Origin: Vicugna vicugna | Lineage: Eukaryota | Assembly: GCA_013265495.1 (NCBI GenBank) | Contig: MU058482.1 | Location: 158,962 to 222,961 of the forward strand | Length of the DNA: 64,000 nucleotides | Direction of reading: 5' to 3' | In this document: one piece after another, positions 1 through 13,900 of the stretch | Position numbering within the stretch: the stretch's first letter is position 1 | Layout of the letters: the number at the start of each line of letters is the position of its first letter | Program-made: the position numbers and the translations under genes | Notes under the pieces: generated by a model | Seen by the model: the letters and a program-made list of their open reading frames with translations, nothing else | What the model was told of the DNA's origin: nothing | Databases searched by the model: none

Positions 1-566
1 TTAAACAGATCTTAACTTTAAAAGGGATTTCATCTTACTCTAATGGTTATGACATTGTTGCTTGTTTGTTTTCTAAGATTTTAAAGTATGTAATGTGATT
101 TTATTGAGTTTATTTTCTAAAGCTATTTTCATGTGTCTTACTGGGGGTAGGAAGGGAGTGTTCCTTCTTTCATTTCAAGAAAAAAAAGTTAATACTGGGA
201 TTTCAAGTTGACCGAATGAAGATGGACAGCTTAGAAATGGTGTGTGTGGAAAGATGGGGAGGTTTGCAGTATAAAGATGGGGGCAGGTGATGGAAAGAAA
301 ACTCCCCTTGAATAACAGGCTTATTTCTCCCAATTTTCCCTCTTTACCCTCTCTGTTCCTTCAGACTTTTTGGAAACATACATCCTGGTAACATTTATCT
401 CTTGACAAAAAGATGGAAACAAATGTCATTGAATCAAATAGGGCAAGGAAAAATCTAAACCTCACAGAGTAGAATTTGGTCATTAAGTTTCTCCTCCAAA
501 TCCACTGACCCCCTCTCCTTATCTTAGCATATACATTTTAAAAGATATTTTTATCCCGCTCTCCAT

Positions 567-608
567 GTGTGTGTGTGTGTATATATATATAGAGAGAGAG
601 AGAGAGAT
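567..608. repeat. Compound microsatellite (GT)n(AT)n(AG)n
   Basis: Read directly from the sequence. Confidence 0.9.
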
Positions 609-1263
609 AAAGACAATATACATATATACACAGATATATAGACATAGATATGTGTCTATCTATCTATCTAAAGGAAGGAAGAGAAAGAAAGGAGAGAGAG
701 CAGTCACAACATGTGTAGTAAATTCCTGAACTTCATGTTAGATTCTGTGGGATTAGGATGATCATGGGGTCCAGAAAAGTACGTAGCACTTTAAGATGGA
801 CAAAGAATAATGAATCAAAAGTGTATAATTATTAAATCACATAAGTAGCATGTTGTCATTCAGTCTCATTAAAATGCTTCATTGCAGAGAAGCACAAAAT
901 TCTCCACAATATACACCATACATCTTTAAATTCCATATTTAAGCTAGTTGCTATTTACCTCAAACCCATTCACGGCAGTCCTTCCAGTTTTTAGCTCCTC
1001 TCTCTGTTTATTCATTTGCTATCATATTCCAGCCTGCTTGGACTAGCAGGTTGCCTTTGGGTTCTTCAGCTCATCCTCTCTCTCCTCAAGGATTCTGGCT
1101 TTGATTTGCCCATCAGCTCTCCTTATTTTGCACTATCTTTTAGAGTAAACTGTCTTTTAGAGTAAACTCTAATAAACACCATGAGAACCGTGGGTCCTGG
1201 CTCATTTTGAGGCCATATGAGCAGTTCCAAGATAAATAAGGAGCCACATCAGAAGTCCCTAAG

Positions 1264-1408
1264 CAGGGAGACGATATAGCTCAAAGATAGAGGGCATGCC
1301 TAGCATGCACAAGGCCCTGGGTTCAATCCCCAGTACCTCCATTTAAAAATAAATTAATAAACAAACAAACAAACCTAATTATTTTCCCCAACAAAAAGAA
1401 AAGAAAAA
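1264..1408 (+). mobile_element. tRNA-derived SINE (camelid Vic-1-like) with 13-bp TSD
   Basis: A box tatagctc, B box ggttcaatcccc, A-rich tail; TSD agaagtccctaag at 1251-1263 / 1409-1421. Confidence 0.85.
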
Positions 1409-3736
1409 AGAAGTCCCTAAGAATCCTGGGAGTACCCTAATTATGGATGAGGAATAAAGCAGTGGTATAATTTAGAAATTTTAAAAAATGTTTAAAAAAT
1501 AAGAAAGAGTTATACCAAAAGATTGAAGTCCAAGTCATTACAAAATAGCTGCATAATAATAAACTGGACAGTATTTGCTTTATTATCTGTTGTGTACTAG
1601 GTACTCAGCACATAGTAAATGCTTTAAAAATATTTGTTGAATAAATGAATGTGAATGAATAAACTCTACCAAGGGCAGATTTAAAGGATTTGCACTTAAA
1701 ATATAATTAGGAATCAATTGGCATCATCAACATGTTTCTCAATCCTTACATTAGTCACTGAAGTATTCCTTTCCTGGGAATGGTTTCCAGTGTGGGGAAG
1801 GGATTATTATTATTTGACTGAAATCGTTTAAGGTATGAAGTTATCAGAATGGACTTGGCTCCTAAAACACAATGGTCCCCACAAGAAAAGAAAGTTCATA
1901 AGTTCTAGAGAACATGGAGAAATTAAGATCTAACTTTAAAATTTTTACTTATGCTTGGGTTACCGCTCATTCTTGCCTCTTCCCATTTATTCTCCAGTTT
2001 CACGGTGTAGACAAAGGGCAAGTCCCTGAGATAAGATTCAGGAGAAGCTTTTGGAAAGTCACTTAACCGCTCTTGGTCATAGTTGCCTTATCTGAAAAGT
2101 GAAAGATTTGGAGATGATCCCTGTGGCGCTTTCTGGGTCCAAAGTCCTTGAAAGTCCACTTGTTCCTCTTCTTAAAGTTTCCTCCTGAAAGCTCTGACCA
2201 TGTTTCTACTGTAGGTTGCCAGTTATTCATAATTTCTGACATACTTCAATCCATTTGTTTGTATTCCTCCAAAGACTGTCCTCTGTGACTTAACTGTTTC
2301 TTTCCCATCACTCTGACTTGCTTTCCTTTCTCACAGCTTGGTTTATCTTGCCTTTTTTTTTCCCTTTGTCATCAAGCTCCACCCCGCCTTGCCCTCACTA
2401 TTTGTATTTGTACCTCATTTGTTGATTCGCTGATTTTCTTTCATCCTTTGTTGACTTGTTGATTTTCTTTCAAATGACCAATCTCAAGATCCCCAGAACT
2501 TTAGCAAATTGTTCCTACAATTTCTCCCCTGAAAACACAAACCCACGTATTCCTCCCCACCCCCACCCTAGGCTCCTCCCCACTGCCGGTTAGGCTCATG
2601 GCCCTTCCCCCACAGCTACCCTTTCCTGTTCCACTACCTTGACCTCTTCACAACATCAGTTTCCCCATTATTTAACATGAGTAACACGGAAAAATTAAGG
2701 AAAGCAAAAAGAATAACTTCTATCCTTTCTCTTATGAATGTTTCAATTCTTGCCATCCTTTGCAGAATAGTCCGAAAAGAAACACCAGACAAGACTCAGT
2801 CTGAATGACCCTCCTGATCTTCTCTCCCTCCCTCTGCCCCTAAAACACCATGGCAACTGCCACCTGAAAGAGACCAGGCGGAAATCATCTAATAAGACCA
2901 AGGATTGCTTGCCAATGCTTTCTTATTTAATAAAGTTTTGAAAGGGCACTTTGCCCTTACTCTTTATTGCTCTACTCCCTTAATGCTAGCAAGACAAAGA
3001 ATGTGTGGTAGTACATGTAATTATAAGAGCCATAATTTGTCGTAGATGTTTATTTGTAAGTCTTCAGCTTTTCATTGGAAGTTGAAAGTTTTAAGTCATC
3101 CTCCAGGTCTGCAGCCAGAAAGTGAGGCGTATAACAGAGGCAGAAAGCAGTGGGATGGCAATAAATGGTTACATTGTGGTGCAAAAAAGCACAGGCTGTC
3201 CAACTGGGCATTGCTCGGGCAAATTTGAATCTGCCACTTATCAGCTGTAAGACCTTGAACAAGAAAGCTACCGTGCCTTTCTATGCCTCAATTTCTCCAT
3301 TTATAAAATGGGGTGTTCTGCTTGTGTAAGATGGGGATTATATAATGCTTCCCTTGCAGTTATTTTAAGGATTAAATGAGACCATGTAATCAAAGGGTGT
3401 GGCACATAGAATGCACCCAAGCTATGATTAGCTGTGATTATGGTTATCAATAAAAAGGTTACATATGTTTCTAGATTCCTAGCTTAGTTCTCTTGCAATT
3501 GAAATCAAATTCCTCATGGGAGTCTAACTTTTAGGAAGGTAGAGGAAATGTTTTCACAGTGCCTGCTTTTCTACAAACTAGAAAACGAGGAATGCTAAGA
3601 GCAGAGTATTGTCCTGAGAGAAGCCTTGAATGAAATACCAAAAACTTGCCTGGACACCCACATGACTATCATTGTATTTTTAGGGCAAAAGCCACTATGA
3701 GTTTAACACTTTCCAATGACTTAAAAGTATATGAAT

Positions 3737-3998
3737 TTCCAAGGGGGTTGGGGGTGGGGAGGGACAGACTGGGATTTCAAAATTTCTAGATACTGACAGG
3801 CATGTGCAGAATAGATAAACAAGATTACAATGTATAGCACAGGGAAATATATACAAGATCTTGTGGTGGCTCACAGCGGGGAAAAAAATGTGACAATGAG
3901 TATATGTATGTTCGTGTATACTGAAAAATTGTGCTCTACACTGGAATTGGACACAACATTGTAAAATGACTATAACTCTATAAAAAAAAGTAAAACAG
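3737..3998 (+). mobile_element. Young 5'-truncated L1 3' end with TSD
   Basis: tgtatagcacagggaaatatatacaagatcttg...gactataact plus poly(A); TSD aaagtatatgaat at 3724-3736 / 3999-4011. Confidence 0.75.
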
Positions 3999-5139
3999 AA
4001 AGTATATGAATCTCAGTATCATCAACAAACATTTGGCCAACAGCAATATATATATTTGAGAGGCATGTTATTTATTGGGGCCATAGGCTAGGCTCCCTTC
4101 CTGTGTAGAGGGATTCCATTGCAACAACACTGCAGTCCCCTAGGAACCCATAGCCCCTGGTTTAGACACCAACAGTCAAGCTCAGTTGTATTATACTTGA
4201 CTCTGGGAAAGAATCATTTAGGAGCTTATTTGAAAATCTTGGACCTCACCCCCAGAGATTCAGATTAAGTAGATCAGGGGTGGAGGCTAGAAATGGGAGC
4301 TCTTGATAAATTCCCCCATGTGACTTCAGTGAGTCCAGGGGAGTGTACAAGGGTACAGAGCTCTGGGAATTAGCATCCCAGACTGGCCCCTCTTCTTTCT
4401 CTTCCAAGGATCTCATTCCAGTCACCTTCTCTTCGTTCCTCTCAGCTCTGGGCTGCTTTAACTGGAGTGTTGTGCTGATATCACAGAACAATGTGTAGAA
4501 AAATGTCTGAGAGTCAAACATAATATCTGGCTTTCTTTAAAAAGCAGCAACATTCAATTATACTTCAATTAAAAAAAAGGCAGCAACATACATTTCCTTC
4601 TTAAGGACGTTAATTTTGAAATGAACTGCACCTTCATATCCATTTTCACTAGTTCAGAGGCAACCTGTGCTCACAAATGAAGGATACAGATTATGCTAGA
4701 GTGGTCTGGCTTGAAAATTGGCTCCACATTGTAAATAGTACTTTAAACTATTCCTGAAGAGAAAAAAAATGTAAGGGCTAATAGCCAATAGGGAAACAAA
4801 AATAGAAAATGTTGAACAAATTAGAAGATATCATAAGAAGGAATCACAAAGCCGGAAGAAAGAGCTCATCTTCACCACCAACTCCCCTCAACTAGAAGAT
4901 TCCCCCTGGAGACTCTCAGGCTCCCAACACGGGAAGGAACTGGGGGTAGGGTGCCAGGACAAGTCCCTTTTTCCTATCCTTTATTATCTTCAATGCCCCT
5001 GAGTGCCTCTTCAGCTCCTTGGGAAAGTAAATGCTTAGTTTACAAGGTCAAATGACCTTGGAACATTTTCCAAAAGTTAAATCACCATTTGAAGAAAGAA
5101 AGGTGTTGTTTTAATATTCTCTTCTGCTGCTAATTTTCC

Positions 5140-5180
<41 letters not shown>

Positions 5181-6595
5181 TCATTTCCCCCTCTCCTTCT
5201 TTCACTTTCTAGCTCTTTCTCTCCCTCCCTTTTCTCCCTCTCCCTCCCCCTCTTTCCTTCCCCTCCCCTCTCCACTTCACCACACACAGAAACCCCTTTT
5301 CAAAGGGGCTTTTTTCCAACTCAGTGAAGTAAAGCCTTTGCCCCTTTGTGGGGACGGCTCATTAACATTCCCACAGCAGCATCTCTTCAAGGATTTTACT
5401 TTTGTAACTCTGTGGGGAGGTCAAGAGGCCACAGCGGAGAGGTAAAAGGGAAAAAATGGTAAATGGGGGAGGGCGGAAGAAAGGAGAGGAGGGGAAAGAG
5501 CCCGTCCTTTCACAATAAGGCCAGCAAGAAGGAGGGTGGACCAAAAGAGGAAAAGACCAGACAGACAAGACTCAGGAAGGAGATGAATACTGGGCCCCCA
5601 GATCTGCCCTCGGAGATCTGCAGACTCCTGAGAAAAGCAGAAAGCTATGTTCCTTCTCTCATTTCCTGTCCTCAAAAAGGAAGTTAATGATGGAAACAGT
5701 GGAATGGCAAGGTGCAAAACCCAGTCTATTTCACCGAGAAATTAGAAACTTTCCTGGCCTCAGTGTTCCCGTTTCCCCTCCCACAACCAAGTGATAACTG
5801 CATCTGTCTACCACAGGGAGGTTAACAGGATGAATCAGACAGTGACAGCAAGCATTCCAAGGGTAGACCACGAGGGAGCTACTCAAGGTCCTGACCCCAG
5901 GAGACTGGGAAAATAATGGAGATTCAGTGAACTCCAAAGCAAAGATCAGAGTGCCTCCCAAATCTCTTCAGATGGGGGTACCTGCCTCATTTTTCACCAG
6001 CAACCCTCCTACCATCTGTGGTCTCTCTCTCTCTCCCTTTCTTGGTATTGCCAAACTAGCCCAGGCTTGTATAAAGGAAAAAACAAAGGAAACTTTAAGT
6101 TGGCACCCAAAACTGTGAGTGAGCGTCACTATTCTTTGAAGACACAGCCACCAGAGATTTACATCACTAAACTCCAAAGGGGAAAATAATTCCCACTTTG
6201 CCTGCCTGATGGTGTCTCAGATGCTTCTCATCTAAGCCAGAAGAGTAAAACGGAAATACGGTTAAAAGAAGAAGACCAAGGCATTAGAGCTAGAAGATAG
6301 GGTATATCTGGGTGTAACATGCCCAGTAGTACAGTGTTACTCAAATTCAGGTAGGAACAGCAAGACCAGAGGTTAAGGGACAATAAACGAATCACCCTTA
6401 AGTATGCAGGCTGAGGCAAGAGAGCCCTGGTTGGTTGCCAAAGGATGTATTCTGGAGATGAAGGAATTCTTAAACTTTATATCCACAGGAAAACTCTTTC
6501 CACAGAACCCTTGACAATTGTTTTCAGCATCTGTGAGAACATATTACAGAGAGCTCACAAATTTACTGGAGACTCCGTTACATTTTGGAAAGTTT

Positions 6596-6716
6596 GGGGA
6601 GAGTATAGGTCAGTGGTAGAACACATGCTTAGCACGCACAAGGTCCTGGGTTCAATCCCCAGTACCTCCATTAAATAAACAAACAAACAAACCTAACACC
6701 CCCACCCCCACCCCAT
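6596..6716 (+). mobile_element. tRNA-derived SINE (same family)
   Basis: ggggagagtataggtcagtggtaga...ggttcaatccccagtacctcc plus (AAAC)n tail. Confidence 0.85.
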
Positions 6717-7855
6717 AAAACTGAGCTGAAAGTTCCTCCGTGTAGCTCCCACTCTGCAGTACCAGGGAGCTCATCTCTATCATCTTCTCAAAGGTGGCCT
6801 CCGTTCAACCCTGGGAGCTGGACAGGAGTGGGAGAGACAGAAAAGCCACTAATCCTGTGGCTGTTTTAAATGAGATTCGATTCATTAAGATCAATCACTT
6901 TTTTTTTTTTCATGCTAGGAGTCTGGTGGCATGTTATACCTTTAACAATATAGAGAGGAGAGAAAATGCCAGACTACCGTCAGGCAGACATGGCTACCCG
7001 GCCTGTCTCTGTTACATCATAGCTGTGCAACCTTAGATAGGTTACTTAACCTCACTGAGTCTTTTGGTTCATCTATAAAGAGGATCATCTATAAATAGGA
7101 GTAGTAAAACCTGTTGTGCTAATCTCAAGAGATGTAATACTCAAAATACGTCATGTACATGAAAATACTCCATGAATTATAAAAAGATAGACGTAAGTGA
7201 TTATTATAATGACCGTCCATTTTTACTCAGTCTTTTTGCCGGGCTTTCACGTCCTCATTTTTGACGACAGGTAGCTGACTTCTTGGCCTTATAATAAGTA
7301 TATACCAGAAAGTTCTCATTTCAGCTTGCACCTCTGAAACAGTCACATCATCAAACAAGGTGGCATAGAATCACGAAATAACCAAAAAGCACTGTGAAGA
7401 TCTTGGAGGAAGGAAGAGTTAGAGGAACAACCGAGGGACATTTTCTAAACAGACAGCACGGGGAGAGGCCCGGAGCCCTGGCAGGGAGGAGAGGGTTAAA
7501 TCCTTTCCTCTGCAGTACAAAAGAAAAGAGTGTGCGGAAAGATTAGGATTTTTGCTTTTACAATGGGAGCTGCAGAAGCGTAGGGAAGAAGCTGAAGAAA
7601 AAAAAGGGGGCGTCTCCCCTTTAAAGACTTGCAGAGATTGAGAGAGAAAAAGAGAGAGAGTCAGGGACAGGGAATCAGAGCGCGCGCGTCCGTCTGTCTG
7701 TCCCTGGGAAGGGAGACCGTCTCTGCTTCACAGTGATTGGCACTGGGGGAGAGGCATCAGTTGGCTTCAGACCCAAGGGGGAGACCAGACCAGGTCACCC
7801 CGGTTAAGATTAAGTGAGCGTTGCCCCTCCCCGTCCCACCTCTCTCTACCCGGGA

Positions 7856-7928
7856 ATGTCTCGGCGAAAGCAGCGGAAACCCCAACAGTTAATCTCGGAC
7901 TGCGAAGGTCCCAGCGCGTCTGAGAACG
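7856..7928 (+). CDS. SALL2: SALL2 alternative first coding exon E1 ([25 protein letters not shown])
   Basis: ATG at 7856; SALL-family NuRD-binding motif MSRRKQxKP; donor G|GTGGGT at 7929. Confidence 0.93.
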
Positions 7929-10900
7929 GTGGGTGCCTGGGGAGGGGTGGGGGAGCCCTGAGTCCAAGCCTGTGTGGGTCAGGCCAGGGCAAGGGGAGGG
8001 CACTCGGGCCATGGGCGAAGCCAGGGGGAGGACTTGGTCACTCGGGGGGGTGGAAGGAGTTGAGATCCAGGGAGTATGGAGGTGACCTGTGCTGGGGAGA
8101 AGCCCCGCTTGGCTTTTCTCAGGGTTGATTCTGTTTGTGTTTTCCGTGTTGTTTTTCTCTGGATGAAATGGAGTTTTCAAACTGGCTCTGTCTCCCCACC
8201 CAAGAGTTTTCTCCCCAGGTCCCCCTTTGCTCACTGGTCTTTGTGCCGTTGCTAAGTAACCTCCTCAGACCTGAAGACCTTCTCTCAGGGGTGGGATTTT
8301 TTCCCCCCTTTTCTTTCTGGAGAGTTGGGTTGCAAGAGAATGAATTGGATAAACATGAAGGTTCCCCTGAGGGAGAAGAGAAAAAAGTTTCTCATTGTTG
8401 GGCTGAGCAGAGAACGGATCAGAGCTCCCAGAGGGAGAGAGCTAATGTCGGTCAGATGCAGCCTGTTTGGGGTGTGTATCTGTGTCACCTGGGTAGAGGC
8501 TGGAGGAAAGGTCTGGATGAGGGGCTTAGGTTTGTGCTTCAAGGGAGGCCAAGCTTAAAAAAGAAAAAAAAAAGTATGAGTTAACATGCCTGTTAATACA
8601 TGCATATCCTATTATGAAGATTTTATCATCTGTTTTTTAAGTAATAGATTTTCTTTATGAGGGGGAAATTTTCATGTATTCTTACAACATTCCAGTAAAT
8701 AAGCGGTAGCCAACAGAGCAACTGGGGTATTGAGAAGTGACATTGCCCAAAGTTTCAGACACAGGCATAGTCAGGACAAAAACCTAGGCTTTGTGACACT
8801 CAGGGCTGGTGCTTCTCACTCCACCTAAATTAGGGTCCCCCAAACTTGCTTGATTGTGGGTAGATCTGGGCTAGAGGCTGGGAATCTCTATCTTTGCAAA
8901 TGTTCAGGTCATTTTTAGGATCAAGCAAGTTTTGGACAATCTGGTATGGCTACGTATGTTCACACTGTGAAAGTTTGAAAGCTCTGGCCCAGGGATAAAC
9001 CATTTATTTAGCAAACAATTGATTTATCCGACAATGTAGTGTAGTATTAAGCACAAGGGTTCTGAAGCCAGACTTTTCAAGATTCAAATCCTGGCTCTAC
9101 CACTTGGTTAGCTATGCAACCTTGGTTGGTTTACTTTGCCTTTCTGCCTCAGTTTCCTCATCTGTAAAGTAGGGATGATTACTCGCTACCTCATTAAATG
9201 ATGGTAAGAATAGAAATGAGTTAATACACGTCAATACACTTGGAAAAATAACTAGCATAAACATGTGCTTCATACTTGTGGTACAGTCCCTAGCATCAAT
9301 AAGTACTTAATATGTGGGTACTAGTCTTATAGGTTTATAAAGCTCAGGAGCCTCTTGGCGAACTTCAGCATTTCTTTATGGTAGGATAATATGGGTATTA
9401 GTCTTATACGTGAGTATGGTGGCAACTCCTACAAGTGCTGAAATATGACCAAAGCTCAGGAGCCTCTTGGCGAACTTCAGCATTTCTTTATGGTAGGATA
9501 ATGTATTTGTATTGACTAAAACTAAATCATAGATTAAATTTACCTTTGCACCTGTTATAAAAAAAAAAAAAGACTTGAGATCAAATCAGTGCACCGTGTG
9601 CTATGAAACAACCTTAACAGACATATAGTGTTTTGGGTAAAAAACATCCCCCCTCAAGTTAGTGCTTTACTGGGATTCCCACTGTGCCAATATTTAGAGG
9701 TTCGTGCTGGTGGCATCCTTCCCTCCTGGGACACATTAACCCTCCTTAATGCTGCTGCAGGCCGGATGTTTCCTCCTTTTGCTCTACAGGAGACTTCCCC
9801 CAGAGCCTCAGAGATGCCTTAAAGTCCTGCTCCCCTGCTGGTTAGATTGTGGAACAATGCTGAATCCCTTCCACCCCAGAGGCCTCTCCTTTCCAATCCT
9901 CTCCCCTCATCTCCCTGTACCTTCAGCTCACCCAGTCCCCGTACCACTGCTGAGAAAAATCTGGGAGGGAGTCATAAGAAATCTTTCACAACTGCCCTGA
10001 GTGGATTCTCAAGCCCCTTGAACTGTAGCTCTCGCTTGGGGCTGTGAACATTCAGGGGCACAGGGATGCTGCTACAAAGCCATCCCCATAGAAACTGTGC
10101 AGGCTGGAACCCAATGGCAGCAACAAATTTCAGTTGAAATGTTGCCTTTGAACAGTAAAAGTCAGAAACACACATGTAAGGAGCAAGAAAGCAATAGTAA
10201 CCTTAAGAAAGATCTGCCTTAAGAAAGCCTCAGGATTTTCTGTTCAGAATTTTCCTGAGAGTGAAATATCCTGGGCTACTTGCATGACCTGGACTGTCTG
10301 TCATTGGGTCTCATTTGTAAGATGAGGTAGCTAATATTTGATCAAATCTAAAATTCCTTTCTGCTCTTAGAAGATATATAAATAGGGTTTCTATTTGCAT
10401 ATGTGATCTTCAGGCTCCTGAGTTTTCCTTCTACCCAGAGACATTTTCTTGTTCTGCATGCCCCAGAATTAGGTAGGGAGGGCTCTTATTTGGGGGCTCT
10501 TATGTGTGTCCTTTTACTGGTGTACCCATGAAACCATGGGTACCATCATGAATATCCGCAGACATTTATTTAGTAGGCGAGGGTGCCACTAAGGTTTCCA
10601 GGACTCTTTGCCTCCTTTTAGGCAATGTTTACCATATGTGACAAGCAAATGCTGAGGCTTTGTTGCACATTTTAAAAGCCTCATCTCTGCAGTGACCTAA
10701 GACATTACCAAGACACAGTCTGAAAAACCTGTTTTCCAGCCCTGTTTCTGCTCAGCTTCCCTAACCAGTACACCAAAACCTAACGGAATAGTTATTGCAC
10801 ATAAGTGATGAGAAGGAAATAGTCTATTTACTTAAAAACTCTGGAGAGAAAAAAAAATGTTCTCTCTCCCCTACAGAGTCTAGAAATCTGGATTCGAGAC

Positions 10901-13900
10901 CATAAGGGATGTGAATAGGGAAGATGTAAACTAGTACATCTGGGAAATAAAAGAAATGATCAGAAACCCAGATATTTAGTGAGAAGGAGAAACCAGGACA
11001 ACAGCCAAAAAGATCTAGAGGGAGAAATGGAGGTTGCCAGACAGCAAGAGCAGCAAAAGGGGAAGGAAGGCAAAAATATAGTTTTGAGGGTTCTGTTCTC
11101 TTTATAGCTGGAAGTAAAAAGCATTGTCTCTCAGGGTGTTCAGTCCTGAGCCTTTCAGCCCTAAGGACCCCTGGGTCAAAAAGAAAACATTCCTGAGTAG
11201 ATAGAAAGTAACTCAGAGTGCAAGAGCACCCTGGATAAGGAAGCAGAAATCCTGGTTTTTTAATCCAGCTTGGATTTGGAAGCTTTGTGACCTTGGGCAA
11301 GTCCATTCTTCTCCCAGGGCTTCAACGTTTAGCCTTTGAATAACAGCAGTCATCATTAATATCCGCAGAGCATTTACTATTTGTCAGGTCCCATGCCAGG
11401 CCCTGTATGTATTCCCTCTTGTTCATTCCTCCCAACTCTGCTATTACTACTTTCATTAATTTTTTTTTTTTTTTAGAATTTACGGGAAAATATACATGAC
11501 AAAATATACCATTTTAAGGCATACAATTCAGTGGCGTTAAGTATACTCACAACATTGTGCAACTATCACCACAATCCATCTCCAGAAATCTTTCACCTTG
11601 CAAAACTTGAAACTCCATACCCATTAAACAGTAACTCCACAGCGCCTTCATCCCACACTGCCAGCTACTGGCAATCACCATTCTACTTTCTATCTCTATG
11701 AGTTTATCAATTCTAGGTATCTCGTATAATGAAATCATGTAACAGTTATGCTTTTGTGACTGGCTCATTTCACCTTAGCACAATGTTTTCAAGGCTCATC
11801 CACGTTGTAGCATGTACAAGAATTTCATTCCTTTTCTATGACTATCCCTCCATTTTTAAAAGAAATCCAAGCCTTGGAGAAATTAAGAAACTTTCCCAAG
11901 GTCACGAAGATTAGAAAGTGCTGGAACTTGGACTCAGGTCTGTTTGATTCAGAGCTGGCACTTTTAATCACTGTACTTGGTGAGAGGGTCAGATCTGCAA
12001 GATGGTGTAAAGTCCATGTTAAGTGCTGAGTCCTTTGATGTCAGAAAATGACTATTGAAAAAAAACAAACCTTTTTGTGTTTGATCTAAGATATTCCTAT
12101 TCTAGAAATAAATATATTTTTCTCACTTAGCACCAGATGTACACATCTTTGTGCCTGTTTGTCCACTGTGTTGCACAGGCCACGGGTGCACTCACTAGGC
12201 GTGGGTGGCAGAGGAGTATGAGTATGTATTTAGGAGAGAGGAGTGAGGAAGAGAAGATGAAACATTCTCCCTTAGAAGTATCCACAGCAGCAGTTATAGA
12301 CAACTCAGTTATGAACACTACCAATTGGTGCTGGTTCAACATTAACAGTAAATTTAGGCAGGGCCTTACATACTGTGCTTTGTTTCTTTAGTGGCTGCAT
12401 GATGGTTGAACTCTGTGTAGAACAAAACCTTTCATTTTACAATTAGAAATATGGCTAAAGATGCACATACCCTGGGAATGGCAATACAGTCACTTAAGTT
12501 CACAGTCAGGTGCAAATCATATCAAATTCTGTTCATGAAAGCAGGATGCAAGAGAGCCAAAGTGTGGCTCTGGGCAGAGTAGAGAGGGAACCCGATGGGA
12601 AGACTAAGCTTCAAGCAACTCATTTGCCTACTTCCTAATTTTGGCCAAGTTGAGCACAGATACGATTTGTGAGAAGGTTTGATGGGGAGGGCACGCCTCT
12701 GATATGTACTGCGGGGCTCATCCTTGGCTGTACGTTGGAATCACTTGAGGAGCTTTACAAACACTGATGCTTAAATCCCACCCTCAGGGAATCTGAATTA
12801 ATTGATCTGGGTTACAACCTGGCCCTTGGGATTTTTAAAAGCTCTCCCAGTAATTCTAATGGGCAGCAAAGTTTGAGAACCTCTGTTCAACCCTACCACC
12901 CTGCTACTCACCTATTTTTCTTTTTGTTCTCCCAGCCATTCTCTCCCAAGTCTGATGCGCCACCAGGTTTAGAGAGCCACCTGGTTTCCTTTTTTCCTTG
13001 TCATTTCAGCTCTTTATAAATCTAAACAAGCATGTCCAGGTCTCAGTCCTGCGTCCATCCCAGACTTTGCATGTGACCCAGGATAGCTTACGTCCCCTTA
13101 TCTGCTATCTAGGGACACCATTACCAGCTTAGTTTATTCCTGTGTTTATGACTTCATTCATGTCTGCCTAAGAATCCTGCCCCCTTTTCAGGATAGGCAT
13201 TGAGTGCAAAGTGCTGAGAAATAGAGGGTTCCTCTTACAGGTGGCTGTTGATCCGTCACCTTTCACCAGGGACTAAATTTACCTTAAAGAAGAGCATGGA
13301 TCAAATTACGCATCAGAAAGCAACCTTCATTAAAGAGCAAGAAAGGGGACAGTGTTTCCCAGGAGAAGATGAAAAGAAAAGGGTTTTTTTTCTTGTCGGA
13401 AGACTTGACAAAACAGCAACTTGATATCAAATGTTCAATGCTAATTAACAAATGCTCAGTAGAAAGCTTCCATCTGATTCCCTCTCCCTTACTGAGGCCA
13501 GAGAGCAAATGGCAGATAGGAGCCACACAGGGCCCTTTCTCTAGCTTAGGGAAGCCACACCATGTTGATGTGCTTGAGAAAGCACTGGATACAGGAGTCA
13601 AAATTCTGAATGCTGGCTTCACTGAACTACTGTGTGGACCTGGAAACGTCATTTAACCTCTCCAAGCTTCAATTTCCTCATGTGTGAAAATAAACAACAT
13701 TGCATTAACCTGTGACTTGCCATAATTGAAGCAGAAACCGCCTCCCTCATTGCAAGGGTCAGGCCTGGAAGCATCTACTTCATCTGTTTCAGAGACATCA
13801 TTCACAATGTTAGGGGGGAGGGTATAGCTCAACCGGTAGAGTGCATGATTATCATGGACGGGATCCTGGGTTCAATCCCCAGTACTTCCATTAAAGAATA

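Noticed and set aside
1264..1340. tRNA-like A/B boxes
   Set aside because: These are SINE heads with A-rich tails and TSDs, not tRNA genes.
5463..5687. 74-aa ORF with nearby CT-rich tract and CCCCTTTTCAAAGGGG inverted repeat upstream of SALL2
   Set aside because: No recognisable homology or splice support; it could be regulatory but this cannot be supported from sequence alone.
9339..9502. CRISPR-like repeat-spacer-repeat pattern
   Set aside because: Only two copies, in a mammalian intron, with no cas genes; it is a local duplication.
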